From: an uncultured Akkermansia sp.
GTDB lineage: Bacteria; Verrucomicrobiota; Verrucomicrobiia; Limisphaerales; UBA9464
Length of the DNA: 61,592 nucleotides
Reading direction: 5' to 3'
Assembly: GCA_964386625.1 (NCBI GenBank)
Contig: CAYLTF010000005.1
Location: 1-61,592, forward strand
Both the position numbers and the translations under genes were made by a program. Each line of letters opens with the position of its first letter. Position 1 is the first letter of the stretch. A model generated the notes under the pieces. That model was not told where the DNA came from, did not search any database, and saw nothing but the letters and a program-made list of their open reading frames with translations. Positions 1-8,566 of this stretch are shown piece by piece.

Positions 1-80
1 TTCCAGTGCTCACTCCGGACCGATCCCGCTCTCTTCCAGCCTCCGACGGATCCTGACTTTCCGAAACCGGGCGGCACGGC

Positions 81-650
81 TTGACCTGGGAACGGTTTTC
101 CCCGAAACCGGGCGCGGTGAGGAACATCGTCTACTTCGATCTCGAGACCCAGAAATCCGCCGATGAGGTGGGAGGTTGGTCGAACATCCGGGATATGAAG
201 ATGAGCCTCGGGGTGACCTATTCCACGGCGCGTGGGGGCTATGAGATCTATGGCGAGGACCGGGTCGACGAGCTGATCCGGGAATTGCAGCGGGCCGATC
301 TGGTGGTGGGCTTCAACAACCTGCGCTTCGATTACGAGGTGCTCCACGGCTACACGGTCTTCGATCTCACCCAGTTGCCGACCCTCGACATGCTGGTGGC
401 CCTGGTGGAGACGCTGAAGCACCGGCTTTCCCTGGATTCCATCGCCGAGGCGACGTTCGGTCTGGGGAAGACGAGCGAAGGGCTTCAAGCCATCGAGTGG
501 TATCGGCAGGGGAAGATGATGGAGATCGCGGAGTACTGCTGCTTCGATGTGAAGATCACCAAGATGGTGCATGAGTTCGGGTTGGCGCACCGGCAGTTGT
601 TCTACAAGAACCGCTTCGGCGCGAAGCTGAGCGTGGCGGCGCCTTGGTGA
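81..650 (+). CDS. RNase H-fold / DEDD-type 3'-5' exonuclease domain protein
   Basis: 189-aa ORF with a TTG start. 'IVYFDLETQ' resembles the DxE Exo-I motif and 'VGFNNLRFDYEVL' an Exo-II-like segment of RNase H-fold exonucleases. No finer family assignment is possible by eye. Confidence 0.5.
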   Translation: MTWERFSPKPGAVRNIVYFDLETQKSADEVGGWSNIRDMKMSLGVTYSTARGGYEIYGEDRVDELIRELQRADLVVGFNNLRFDYEVLHGYTVFDLTQLPTLDMLVALVETLKHRLSLDSIAEATFGLGKTSEGLQAIEWYRQGKMMEIAEYCCFDVKITKMVHEFGLAHRQLFYKNRFGAKLSVAAPW

Positions 651-764
651 CCCATTCCTGTCCGTCATGCCGAAGAGGCCACCCGCCGAAGGTCGGGTGG
701 ATCGACGGAGGGAGGCTGATCGCTTCCGGGTTCTTGCCCGGCGCGGACTTTGGGGGACGCGACC

Positions 765-2900
765 TCAACGGGCCGGTTGGGTCTCGTAGAATGCCTGGAA
801 TTCTTCCCGATCCAGTTCTCGGTCACCGTTCCTGTCCCAATCCCGCAATTCGGCCGTGGGGCCGAGCCAGAGACGCAGTTCCACCAGGTTGAGTTTGCCG
901 TCTCGATTGAGGTCCCGTCGCTTGAGCATGGCGGCCGCCGCATCGGTGGTGCCCGCGGACGCCTTCTCGGGAGCGGAGCCGGGAAGGCCGGAGGCCGGCA
1001 AACTCGGGGCCGCAGGTGGCGAGGTTGGCTTGGGCAGAGTCAGTGCCGGTGTGCCCTGGGAACTCGGGGAACTCGGTTGCTGGGGCGACACCGGGCGGGC
1101 TGGTGCCGGGATCGAGGGTGCGGCCACAGCGGCCGGGACCCCCGATGTCGGTGCGGCAGTAGCCGTCGAGGATGGGGACGGTGGCATGGGGACGGTCGTC
1201 CCAGCGTCCGCTCCGGTCGACGGGGGCAATGCTGGAGCCGGCGTGGAGGCGGAGGGAAGGGCTGAGGCGGGAGAAGGACTGCCTTCGGTTGGGCGGCCGG
1301 ACCCCGCCCGTTCCAGCAAGGCCGTGGCGAGGCGGGTGAACACGCTGTCCGGATGGCGGATGACCAAGCGACGGAGGTTCAAGGAGAACGCGTCGGGCTG
1401 GTTCAACCCGACCGGGTCGTAGCACATGGCCCGGAGGAACCACTGCTCATCGGTGAGTGTATCGCCTTCGGTCCAGCGCAGGACGCTGGCGTAGTCGCCC
1501 GAAAAGAAGGCGAACACCGTGCGCTCGGTCGCCGGCAACGAAGCGAGCTTCATGCGGATGTCGTCGGCGTCGAGCGTGTCAGGGCTCCATCGGTTGGCCG
1601 GGATGGACAGCAGTGCCGACTTCTCCACCGCATACAGCGGGGTCGCCCGGGCGAACTGGGTATCGGCACCCACCCACAGGTAACGGTCGTCGGCCGTCAG
1701 GGCGGTGACCGGAAACGCGAAGGGGAATCCCCCCACCCATTTTTGGCTTCCCGGATGGAAGAGGAGGATCCGGGAGCGCATCGGGAACGCGGGGTCGGCC
1801 GTGGCCACCCACAGGAATCCGCGATCCATGGCCAAGGCCCGCACACCTCCGGGGATCCGGCTCAGCGGCGTGACCGCATCGACCGGTTGGCCGGACTCGC
1901 GTGCTGCTCTTGCCAGGCGCGCCCGGAGTTTCATGCGCTCGCGGATGCCGTCGGCCACCCGCTCGCGCGCCGCCTCGATGGCGGCCGCGGTGGGTTGCAT
2001 GCCTGGCGCGATGGCGATCCCGAGCCCCCCGGGGACGGTGACGAGGCCGACACGCTCCCGCAGTCGCGCGGTGCCGTTCGCGGCATGGATGAATCCGAGT
2101 CCGGCGTCGCACCCGATCCAGAATCCGCCTTCCGCGTCCGGGCATACCGCGAAGATCCGGATGGGGTCCAGTTCCGGGGACCGGGGGCGCAGGGCGGTGG
2201 GGAGAGTGCTCCAGCGCTGGGCTTCGGCATGGCGGATGGCCACGCGCCGGTCGGTTGCCGCCATCAGCCATTCGCCCGAGCCCGAGAGGAAGCCCCACGC
2301 GGAGGTGTCACGGGTGTCCGGCGTGGGAGGGTTGGCGTCGAATCGGATGAAAGCCTTCTCATCCGGTGACAGTCGGAACAGCGCTCCGGAGTCGCCCAGG
2401 GCGAAGAACCCGCGGCTCGTCTCGGCCACGGCCGGGGGTTGGGGTCCGGGGATTCCCTGGGCCGAGCCGAAGGGATCCACGGCGAAGGAGGCCGCGTCCA
2501 TGCGTGCCAGCCCGCCATCGATCCTCAGCCAGAGGCGCTTGCCCTGGGCCTGCAGGCCGTGCACGGCGTGGACCTCCAGGATTCCCGTGGCCGGATCGAT
2601 GCGGTTGTCACCCGGGAGGAAGGTCCACAGCCGGCCGGCCGTCGGCGGCAGGTTGGTGTCGTTGAAGGGGTGCGCCGACATCCACAGGCGCTCGCCGGTC
2701 GAGGCGAGGGCATGGATGTAGCCCATGGGCTTGGTGTCGGGAAACGCGACCGGAACGACGCGGACCTGCGGTACCGAGGGTATCCAGTCCAGGGGGCGCA
2801 GGACGAAGACGTCTTTGGGGATCCTGCCGGCCGGTGTCGGCGCCGCCGCGAGGTCTAGGAGTCCGACCACCAGGAGCAATAGGAGTGCGATCGCGGGCAT
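765..2900 (-). CDS. Secreted protein with Pro/Ser/Ala-rich linker and C-terminal EF-hand pair
   Basis: The ORF track gives 765..3257, but its first 119 codons overlap rsmE. The in-frame ATG at 2900 gives a signal peptide (MPAIALLLLLVVGLLDLAAAP) and lies 1 nt after the rsmE stop at 2902. The C-terminus has two Ca-binding-loop-like segments, 'DLNRDGKLNLVE' and 'DWDRNGDRELDREE'. Confidence 0.6.
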   Translation of the reverse strand: MPAIALLLLLVVGLLDLAAAPTPAGRIPKDVFVLRPLDWIPSVPQVRVVPVAFPDTKPMGYIHALASTGERLWMSAHPFNDTNLPPTAGRLWTFLPGDNRIDPATGILEVHAVHGLQAQGKRLWLRIDGGLARMDAASFAVDPFGSAQGIPGPQPPAVAETSRGFFALGDSGALFRLSPDEKAFIRFDANPPTPDTRDTSAWGFLSGSGEWLMAATDRRVAIRHAEAQRWSTLPTALRPRSPELDPIRIFAVCPDAEGGFWIGCDAGLGFIHAANGTARLRERVGLVTVPGGLGIAIAPGMQPTAAAIEAARERVADGIRERMKLRARLARAARESGQPVDAVTPLSRIPGGVRALAMDRGFLWVATADPAFPMRSRILLFHPGSQKWVGGFPFAFPVTALTADDRYLWVGADTQFARATPLYAVEKSALLSIPANRWSPDTLDADDIRMKLASLPATERTVFAFFSGDYASVLRWTEGDTLTDEQWFLRAMCYDPVGLNQPDAFSLNLRRLVIRHPDSVFTRLATALLERAGSGRPTEGSPSPASALPSASTPAPALPPSTGADAGTTVPMPPSPSSTATAAPTSGVPAAVAAPSIPAPARPVSPQQPSSPSSQGTPALTLPKPTSPPAAPSLPASGLPGSAPEKASAGTTDAAAAMLKRRDLNRDGKLNLVELRLWLGPTAELRDWDRNGDRELDREEFQAFYETQPAR

Positions 2901-2901
2901 G

Positions 2902-3708
2902 TCAACGGGTGGGGGACGGGAGGGCGGGCATGACGGGCGAAGCGGGCCGGCTCCGGGCGTGGTCTCCGAGGATCGAAGCGGCGGCGATCGCCGCGGTCTC
3001 CGCCCGGAGGATGAGAGGGCCCAGCGACACGGGGCGGGCACCGGAGTCGCGGAAGCGTTCGAGTTCATCGGGGGTGAAATCCCCCTCGGGCCCGATCGCG
3101 ATGGCCAACCGTTTGTCGGGCGATCCGTCCGGCGCGAGTCGCTGCAGCGCCCGCCCCAAAAAAGGGGCGCCGGCCTCGAGCGAGGCGACGAACGATGGGG
3201 TTTCGCCACCGGGACCCGGTTGCAGGAACGGTTGACGGAGAGCCTCGTCGACTCCAAGCGGGCCGATCAGTTCCGGGAGCCACGGGTTGCGGGATTGCTT
3301 CGAGGCCTCGATGAGGGTCTGGGTCCACGCGGCGCGTTTGCGTTCGACCTCCGGAGCAGGAACCCGGGCAACGCACCGCTCGGTGTCCAGAAGCACCACC
3401 TTCTCGATCCCCAGTTCCACGGATTTCTCCAGGACGACCTCCATGGCCTTTCCCTTGAGCAGGGCCTGCATCAGCACCACCCCGGGCTCGGAGCGAGGGA
3501 TCGTGGCGCGACGGCGGACCTGCACCTCCACCGATTTGCGGGAGGCGCAAAGGATTTCCGCCTCGATCAGCCCCCCTTGGCCATCCAGGACCTCCACCGG
3601 GTCACCGGGACCCAGGCGGAGGACCTGCGAGGCGTGTCGGGCATCCGACTCGCTCAGGGCGAACACCGATGCCGAGCACCGATCCGGGGGAGCGAAGAAG
3701 CGGTGCAT
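2902..3708 (-). CDS. rsmE: 16S rRNA (uracil1498-N3)-methyltransferase RsmE
   Basis: 268 aa. It begins 'MHRFF..' with a PUA-like N-terminus, and has 'LLKGKAMEVVLEKSVELGIEKV' and C-terminal 'IAIGPEGDFTPDE...VSLGPLILRAETAAIAA' typical of the RsmE family. It sits directly downstream of dnaJ, as in many bacteria. Confidence 0.85.
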   Translation of the reverse strand: MHRFFAPPDRCSASVFALSESDARHASQVLRLGPGDPVEVLDGQGGLIEAEILCASRKSVEVQVRRRATIPRSEPGVVLMQALLKGKAMEVVLEKSVELGIEKVVLLDTERCVARVPAPEVERKRAAWTQTLIEASKQSRNPWLPELIGPLGVDEALRQPFLQPGPGGETPSFVASLEAGAPFLGRALQRLAPDGSPDKRLAIAIGPEGDFTPDELERFRDSGARPVSLGPLILRAETAAIAAASILGDHARSRPASPVMPALPSPTR

Positions 3709-3726
3709 GGAGGAGTACGGCGGAGC

Positions 3727-4890
3727 CTATTTGAAGAAGTCGCGGGCCTTTTCGAAGAAGCCCTTCGACTGGGGATTGACGTTCTCGTCGCACAGGGCGG
3801 CGAATTCCTCGAGCTTGGCCCGTTGTGCGGCATTGAGCCGCTGCGGAATCTCGACACGGACCGTGACCAGCAGATCTCCCTGACCGCCGCCCTGGAGGTC
3901 TTTCACGCCCCGGGCCTTGAGTCGGAAGGTGCTGCCGGACTGTGTCCCCGATGGGATGGCGATCCGTGCCTTGCCGGTGAGCGTCGGCACATCGATCTCT
4001 CCGCCGAGCGCGGCCTGCACGAAGCGGATCGGCACCTCGCACGTGAGATCGCGACCGTCCCGCCCGAAGATCTCGTGTTCGAGCACGTGGATCATCACAT
4101 GCAGGTCGCCATTCGGCGCCCCGCGGACTCCGGCGGCACCGTTGCCGGAGGAGCGCAGGCGGACCCCCGTGTCGACCCCGGCCGGGATGCGGATGCGCAC
4201 CGAGGTCTTCTGGTTGACCCGCCCCTCGCCGTTGCAGGCGCGGCAGGGGCGTTCGATCACCTTGCCCGCTCCCGAGCAGCGGGGGCAGGTCTGACGCATC
4301 ATGATGATGCCCGCATTGCGGGTGACCTGGCCGCGTCCGCCGCAGGTCTGGCAGGTGACCGTCTTCGATCCCTTTTCCGCGCCGCTGCCGCTGCAGGGTT
4401 CGCAGCGCATCGGCTTGGTGAAGCTCAGCTCCTTCTCGGTGCCGTTGACCGCCTCCTCGAGGGTGATCTCGAGGTCGTAGCGCAGGTTCTCCCCCTGGGA
4501 GGGACCGTCGTCGTCACCGCCACCGCCGCCGAAGAACTGCTCGAAGATGCTCCCGCCACCGCCACCGCCGCCGAACACTTCGCGGAAGATGTCGGCGGGA
4601 TCGTGGAAGCCCCCACCGCCACCGCGTGCTCCTCCGGCCCCGGCACGCATGCGAGGGTCGAATGCCGCATGGCCGTACTGGTCGTAGGCCGCGCGCTTCT
4701 GGGGGTCGTTGAGAGCCTCGTAGGCCTCGCCGAGTTCCTTGAATTTCTCCTCGGCCTCCTTGTTCCCGGGATTCTTGTCCGGGTGGTATTGGACGGCCAG
4801 TTTCCGGTAGGCCTTCTTCATCTCCTCCGGGGTGGCGTTGCGGCCCACGCCCAGCACTTCGTAGTAATCCCGCTTGTTCGAGGCAGCCAT
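3727..4890 (-). CDS. dnaJ: Molecular chaperone DnaJ
   Basis: J-domain with 'YHPDKNPG' (HPD motif), a Gly/Phe-rich region, and four CxxCxGxG zinc-finger repeats ([32 protein letters not shown]). Confidence 0.95.
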   Translation of the reverse strand: MAASNKRDYYEVLGVGRNATPEEMKKAYRKLAVQYHPDKNPGNKEAEEKFKELGEAYEALNDPQKRAAYDQYGHAAFDPRMRAGAGGARGGGGGFHDPADIFREVFGGGGGGGSIFEQFFGGGGGDDDGPSQGENLRYDLEITLEEAVNGTEKELSFTKPMRCEPCSGSGAEKGSKTVTCQTCGGRGQVTRNAGIIMMRQTCPRCSGAGKVIERPCRACNGEGRVNQKTSVRIRIPAGVDTGVRLRSSGNGAAGVRGAPNGDLHVMIHVLEHEIFGRDGRDLTCEVPIRFVQAALGGEIDVPTLTGKARIAIPSGTQSGSTFRLKARGVKDLQGGGQGDLLVTVRVEIPQRLNAAQRAKLEEFAALCDENVNPQSKGFFEKARDFFK

Positions 4891-4893
4891 GGT

Positions 4894-5463
4894 TCAGGGT
4901 TGGCTCGGGGTGTTTCCGGTCGTGGAACCCGGCTTGCGGGCGACGACCACGGCGGCGGGTCGCAGCAACCGGTCCTTCATGCGATAGCCCTTGCGGTTCT
5001 GGGAGAGCACGTGCCCGTCGGCGACTTCGCTGGTCTCTTGTTGGGAGAGCGCTTCGTGCAGCGCGGGGTCGAAGGGTTTGCCCAGCGCGTCGATCTCCTC
5101 CACGCCGTAGTCGGCGACGGTGTTGCGCAGTTGACCTTGGATCATGGCCACTCCGGCCTTGAGGGACTCGAGGTTGGTGTTGGGCTGGGCCGCGGCCTGC
5201 ATGGCCATCTCGAAGGTGTCGAGCACGGGGAGAAGCCGGCCCAGGACCGACTCGGTGGTGGCTCGTCGGACCTCGTCGCGTTCACGGGCCGCCCGTTTCT
5301 TGAAATTCTCGAAGTCGGCGTACAGCCGCACGTAGCGTTCCTGGACCTCGGCCAGTTGGGCCATCAGGGGATCCGGCCCCGAGGACGCCTCGGGTGCGGG
5401 GCCGTGGGCGCTGGCGGTCTCGCCTTGAGGGATGGGGTTTTCAGCAGTCGGAGTCTCACTCAT
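4894..5463 (-). CDS. grpE: Nucleotide exchange factor GrpE
   Basis: 189 aa with the hallmark 'RLYADFENFKKRAARE' segment and a C-terminal beta-domain. Its stop lies 3 nt before the dnaJ start. Confidence 0.9.
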   Translation of the reverse strand: MSETPTAENPIPQGETASAHGPAPEASSGPDPLMAQLAEVQERYVRLYADFENFKKRAARERDEVRRATTESVLGRLLPVLDTFEMAMQAAAQPNTNLESLKAGVAMIQGQLRNTVADYGVEEIDALGKPFDPALHEALSQQETSEVADGHVLSQNRKGYRMKDRLLRPAAVVVARKPGSTTGNTPSQP

Positions 5464-5606
5464 GGTTGAAATGGTCTCGAATCAGGTCGGTGATGTTAGG
5501 AGTCGATGCGCTTCCGGGCAATAGCCACAGGCTCCGTCGGGAGGTTTTCAACGCTCCATGCGGGCATGTCGCCTTGGGGGCGGGATTCGATCGTTGGGCT
5601 CGAGAA

Positions 5607-6680
5607 TCAGAGGAGGCCCGCCGTCTCCGGGAATCCGCAGATCAGGTTGAGGCTCTGCACGGCCTGACCGGACGCTCCCTTGAGGATGTTGTCTTCGGCG
5701 CTCATGACGATGAGGCGGCCGGTCCTCGGGTCGAGTCGCCAGGCGATTTCCACCACATTCGTTCCCACCACGTTCTTGGTGTCGGGCAGTGCCTTGCCTT
5801 CCAGCAGGCGCACGAACGGGGCGTTCGCATAGGCCTTGGAGTAGGAGGCGGCGATGCGGGCACCGAGCGCGTTCACCTCCTCGGCGCTGGTGATCGGCTG
5901 GGTGGGGGCCAGGTACAGGGTCGTCAGGATGCCACGGTTGACGGGGATCAGGTGCGGCGTGAATTGGATGACCACCGGGCTTCCGGCCGCCGCCGAGAGC
6001 TGCTCCTCGATCTCCGAGAGGTGTCGGTGCTTCGGCACCCCATAGGGCCGGACGCTTTCATTGCATTCGCAGAAGAGGTAGTCGACCTCGGCCTTGCGGC
6101 CCGCTCCGCTGACGCCGCTCATGGAGTCGGCGATGATGCCGGTGGGGCGGATCAGGCCGTCGCGCAGGAGGGGCAAGGTCGGCAGGAGGATGCTTGTGGG
6201 ATAACATCCCGGCGAAGCCACCAGTCGGGCTCCGCGGATCGCCTCGCCATGGACCTCGGGCAATCCATACACCGACTGCGCCAACAATTCCGGTGCGGGA
6301 TGATCGTGCGCGTAGAATTCCTTGTAGACCGCGGCACTCTTCAGGCGGAAGTCCGCGCTCAGGTCGATGACCCGGCAGCCGCTGCGGAGCAGGGGGATCG
6401 CGAACTCGGCGGCCACTCCATGGGGCAGGGCCAGGAAGACGATTTCGGCTTCCCGAGCCAGGGAGGCGGTGTCCGGGTCGCTGAATTTGAGCGATCGCGC
6501 CACCGGATGCATGGCGAATCTGGGGAAGACCTGCGCGATGGTCTGACCCGCGCTCTGGCGCGAGGTGACCGCCACCAGTTCGACCTGGGGATGGCGGAGG
6601 AGCAGACGCACCAGTTCTTCACCGGAATAACCGGAGGCTCCGACAATGGCGACGCGGACGGGCTTGGGATTCGGATTCAT
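5607..6680 (-). CDS. argC: N-acetyl-gamma-glutamyl-phosphate reductase
   Basis: 'VRVAIVGASGYSGEEL' NAD-binding N-terminus and the catalytic-Cys segment 'LVASPGCYPTS'. The ORF track starts at a GTG (6698). I prefer the in-frame ATG at 6680 (MNPNPKPVRVAIVG...); the start is uncertain by 18 nt. Confidence 0.9.
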   Translation of the reverse strand: MNPNPKPVRVAIVGASGYSGEELVRLLLRHPQVELVAVTSRQSAGQTIAQVFPRFAMHPVARSLKFSDPDTASLAREAEIVFLALPHGVAAEFAIPLLRSGCRVIDLSADFRLKSAAVYKEFYAHDHPAPELLAQSVYGLPEVHGEAIRGARLVASPGCYPTSILLPTLPLLRDGLIRPTGIIADSMSGVSGAGRKAEVDYLFCECNESVRPYGVPKHRHLSEIEEQLSAAAGSPVVIQFTPHLIPVNRGILTTLYLAPTQPITSAEEVNALGARIAASYSKAYANAPFVRLLEGKALPDTKNVVGTNVVEIAWRLDPRTGRLIVMSAEDNILKGASGQAVQSLNLICGFPETAGLL

Positions 6681-6726
6681 GGACAATGCGACCTGCACAG
6701 GATTCTACAGGGGGTTGAGCTTCGGG

Positions 6727-6764
6727 ACAAAAGACAAAACCCCGCCGAATCGATATCGGCGGGG
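6727..6764 (-). terminator. Intrinsic terminator downstream of rpsI
   Basis: On the minus strand, a 9-bp GC-rich stem (CCCCGCCGA / TCGGCGGGG, 6740-6748 / 6756-6764) with a 7-nt loop is followed by TTTTGTCTTTTG. Confidence 0.5.
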
Positions 6765-6847
6765 TGTCTGTGGGTTGCGATGGGATCGCCGGGGGGATCG
6801 CCTCTGTTCGGGTCCCGAAAGGCCCGGACGTTCGCGATCGGCACCGA

Positions 6848-7243
6848 TCAGCGCTTGCTGAACTGGAAGCGCTTGCGGGCGCCGGGCTGACCGTACTTCT
6901 TGCGCTCCTTCATACGAGGATCGCGGGTGAGCAGGCCGTCGGCCTTCAGGAGAGGACGCAGCGCGGCGTCGGCCTCGATGAGCGCGCGGGCGATGCCATG
7001 GCGAACCGCACCGGCCTGGCCGATGGGGCCGCCGCCCACCACATTGATGGACACGTCATACTTGCCGGAGGTCGCCGTCGTGACGAAGGGCTGTTGGACA
7101 GCCATGCGCTGGGACTCGAGAGGGAAATACACCTCGAAGGCGCGGCCGTTGACCTGGATCTTGCCGGTGCCGGCGGAGATGCGGACCCGGGCCACGGAGG
7201 TCTTGCGGCGGCCGGTTCCAAGGAATTCGTTGGAGTTCGACAT
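6848..7243 (-). CDS. rpsI: 30S ribosomal protein S9
   Basis: 131 aa with '[12 protein letters not shown]' near the N-terminus and the C-terminal '[16 protein letters not shown]' characteristic of S9. Confidence 0.95.
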   Translation of the reverse strand: MSNSNEFLGTGRRKTSVARVRISAGTGKIQVNGRAFEVYFPLESQRMAVQQPFVTTATSGKYDVSINVVGGGPIGQAGAVRHGIARALIEADAALRPLLKADGLLTRDPRMKERKKYGQPGARKRFQFSKR

Positions 7244-7274
7244 GGTGTGGAAGAAAGGGATGGGTCGACGTTGT

Positions 7275-7709
7275 TCAGCCGACGTACTTCATGTCGCGCG
7301 GCTCCTGCGCGGCGTGCGGGTGGTTGGCACCGGTGTAGACCTTGAGCTTGGTCAGCAGTTGATCACCCAGGCGGTTCTTGGGGAGCATGCCCTTGACGGC
7401 GTGCATCACCAGGCGCTCGGGGTGGGCCGCGCGGACCTGCGCCACGGAGCGGTACTTCTCGCCGCCCTTCCAACCGGAGTAGGACATGAACAGCTTGTCC
7501 GATTCCTTGGTGCCGCTCAGGACGACCTTCTCGGCGTTGATGACGACCACGAAGTCACCGGCATCGAGGTGGGGGGTGAACACAGGCTTGTCCTTGCCGC
7601 GCAGGGCGTCAGCAACTTGGACAGCGAGGCGGCCGAGGATGGCGCCGTTGGCGTCGATCACACGCCACGCACGGCGCTGCACGTCGACTTTGGGCAGATA
7701 GGTCTTCAT
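7275..7709 (-). CDS. rplM: 50S ribosomal protein L13
   Basis: The track ORF (7275..8129) has a 140-codon non-homologous extension. The L13 sequence starts at the ATG at 7709 ('[29 protein letters not shown]...'), giving 144 aa. The gene is immediately upstream of rpsI. Confidence 0.95.
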   Translation of the reverse strand: MKTYLPKVDVQRRAWRVIDANGAILGRLAVQVADALRGKDKPVFTPHLDAGDFVVVINAEKVVLSGTKESDKLFMSYSGWKGGEKYRSVAQVRAAHPERLVMHAVKGMLPKNRLGDQLLTKLKVYTGANHPHAAQEPRDMKYVG

Positions 7710-7756
7710 CAAGTATCCGAAAATCAAATATCCGAACGTTCCGAAAAGGAGGGCGG

Positions 7757-7784
7757 TTTCTATCAAACGAACACACCACGTCAA
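7757..7784 (-). promoter_or_regulatory. Possible sigma-70-type promoter of rplM-rpsI
   Basis: The minus strand reads TTGACG (7784-7779), a 16-nt spacer, then TAGAAA (7762-7757), in a locally AT-richer stretch ~50 nt upstream of the rplM ATG. This is pattern match only. Confidence 0.3.
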
Positions 7785-8128
7785 TCCTTGAATTGTTTTT
7801 TGATCCAAGGGACGCACCGGAACACCGGAAGTCTCACCGCTCCGGCACCGCGGTGCAAGCCTTGTCCATCGCGAATGTCGCGGCGGGGCGTGCGGCGGTG
7901 AAACGAGGCTTTGCTGCGGGGAATCATGGGTCGTGTCGGGGCGAGTCGCCCGGGTCCGGGGCTCCGCGATCAGCCCCGTGTGGCAGGACCGGGGTCGGTC
8001 GGGTGGGTTCGTGGCGGTCGGGCGCAGCCGGGACACAGGCCTTTCGGTCTCGCTGGGGAAATCTCCGATGGCAAATCCATGGAGCGTGGGCTTGACCCTT
8101 GGGGGCGGTGTGGTTGCATCGCGGCGCA

Positions 8129-8506
8129 ATGAACAAGTTTCTGACCGTCTCCGCCTTGTTGATCGGCCTCGCGACCTTCACCGGTTGCTATCGGACCCAG
8201 GAGGGTCGTGTGAAGGTGGGGGTGCCGTTCACCTCGGACACCATCGAGAGCCGCTATGAGCGGCCCGCCATCCAGTTGTTCGAGGCCGCCAAGGCCACGC
8301 TGGTCTACAACGGCACGTTGACCTCCGAGGATATCGTCCGGAAGACCCTCTCGGCCAAGATCGAGAACCGCACCCTGTGGATCCGCGTCGAAGAGCTGGA
8401 GCCCAACGCCAGCCGCATCCTGGTGCAGGCCCGTCAGTCCAACGGGAAGGCCGACATCCTCCTGGCCAGCGAGTTGGACAAGCAGATCGCGTTGCGCTTG
8501 CGTTGA
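8129..8506 (+). CDS. Small lipoprotein (unknown function)
   Basis: The in-frame ATG at 8129 gives 'MNKFLTVSALLIGLATFTGC' with the lipobox L-A-T-F-T-G-C. The protein is 125 aa with coding-like composition. Confidence 0.6.
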   Translation: MNKFLTVSALLIGLATFTGCYRTQEGRVKVGVPFTSDTIESRYERPAIQLFEAAKATLVYNGTLTSEDIVRKTLSAKIENRTLWIRVEELEPNASRILVQARQSNGKADILLASELDKQIALRLR

Positions 8507-8566
8507 TCCGGTAGGCCGAACGCGGCACCGTGGGTTCCTCCTCATGGGCCCGGTCGGTGTCTTCCC

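Noticed and set aside
2725-5469. 914-aa plus-strand ORF antisense to rsmE, dnaJ and grpE.
   Set aside because: The opposite strand encodes three textbook proteins. The plus-strand translation is low-complexity.
5464-5606. Search for a CIRCE element or sigma-32 promoter upstream of grpE.
   Set aside because: Only a lone 'TTGAAA' hexamer was found, with no properly spaced -10 (CCCCATNT or TATAAT-like) and no CIRCE inverted repeat.
7710-8129. N-terminal 140-codon extension of the rplM ORF.
   Set aside because: L13 homology begins at the ATG at 7709. The extension is Pro/Arg-rich, crosses a promoter-like AT-richer region and overlaps the divergent lipoprotein gene start.
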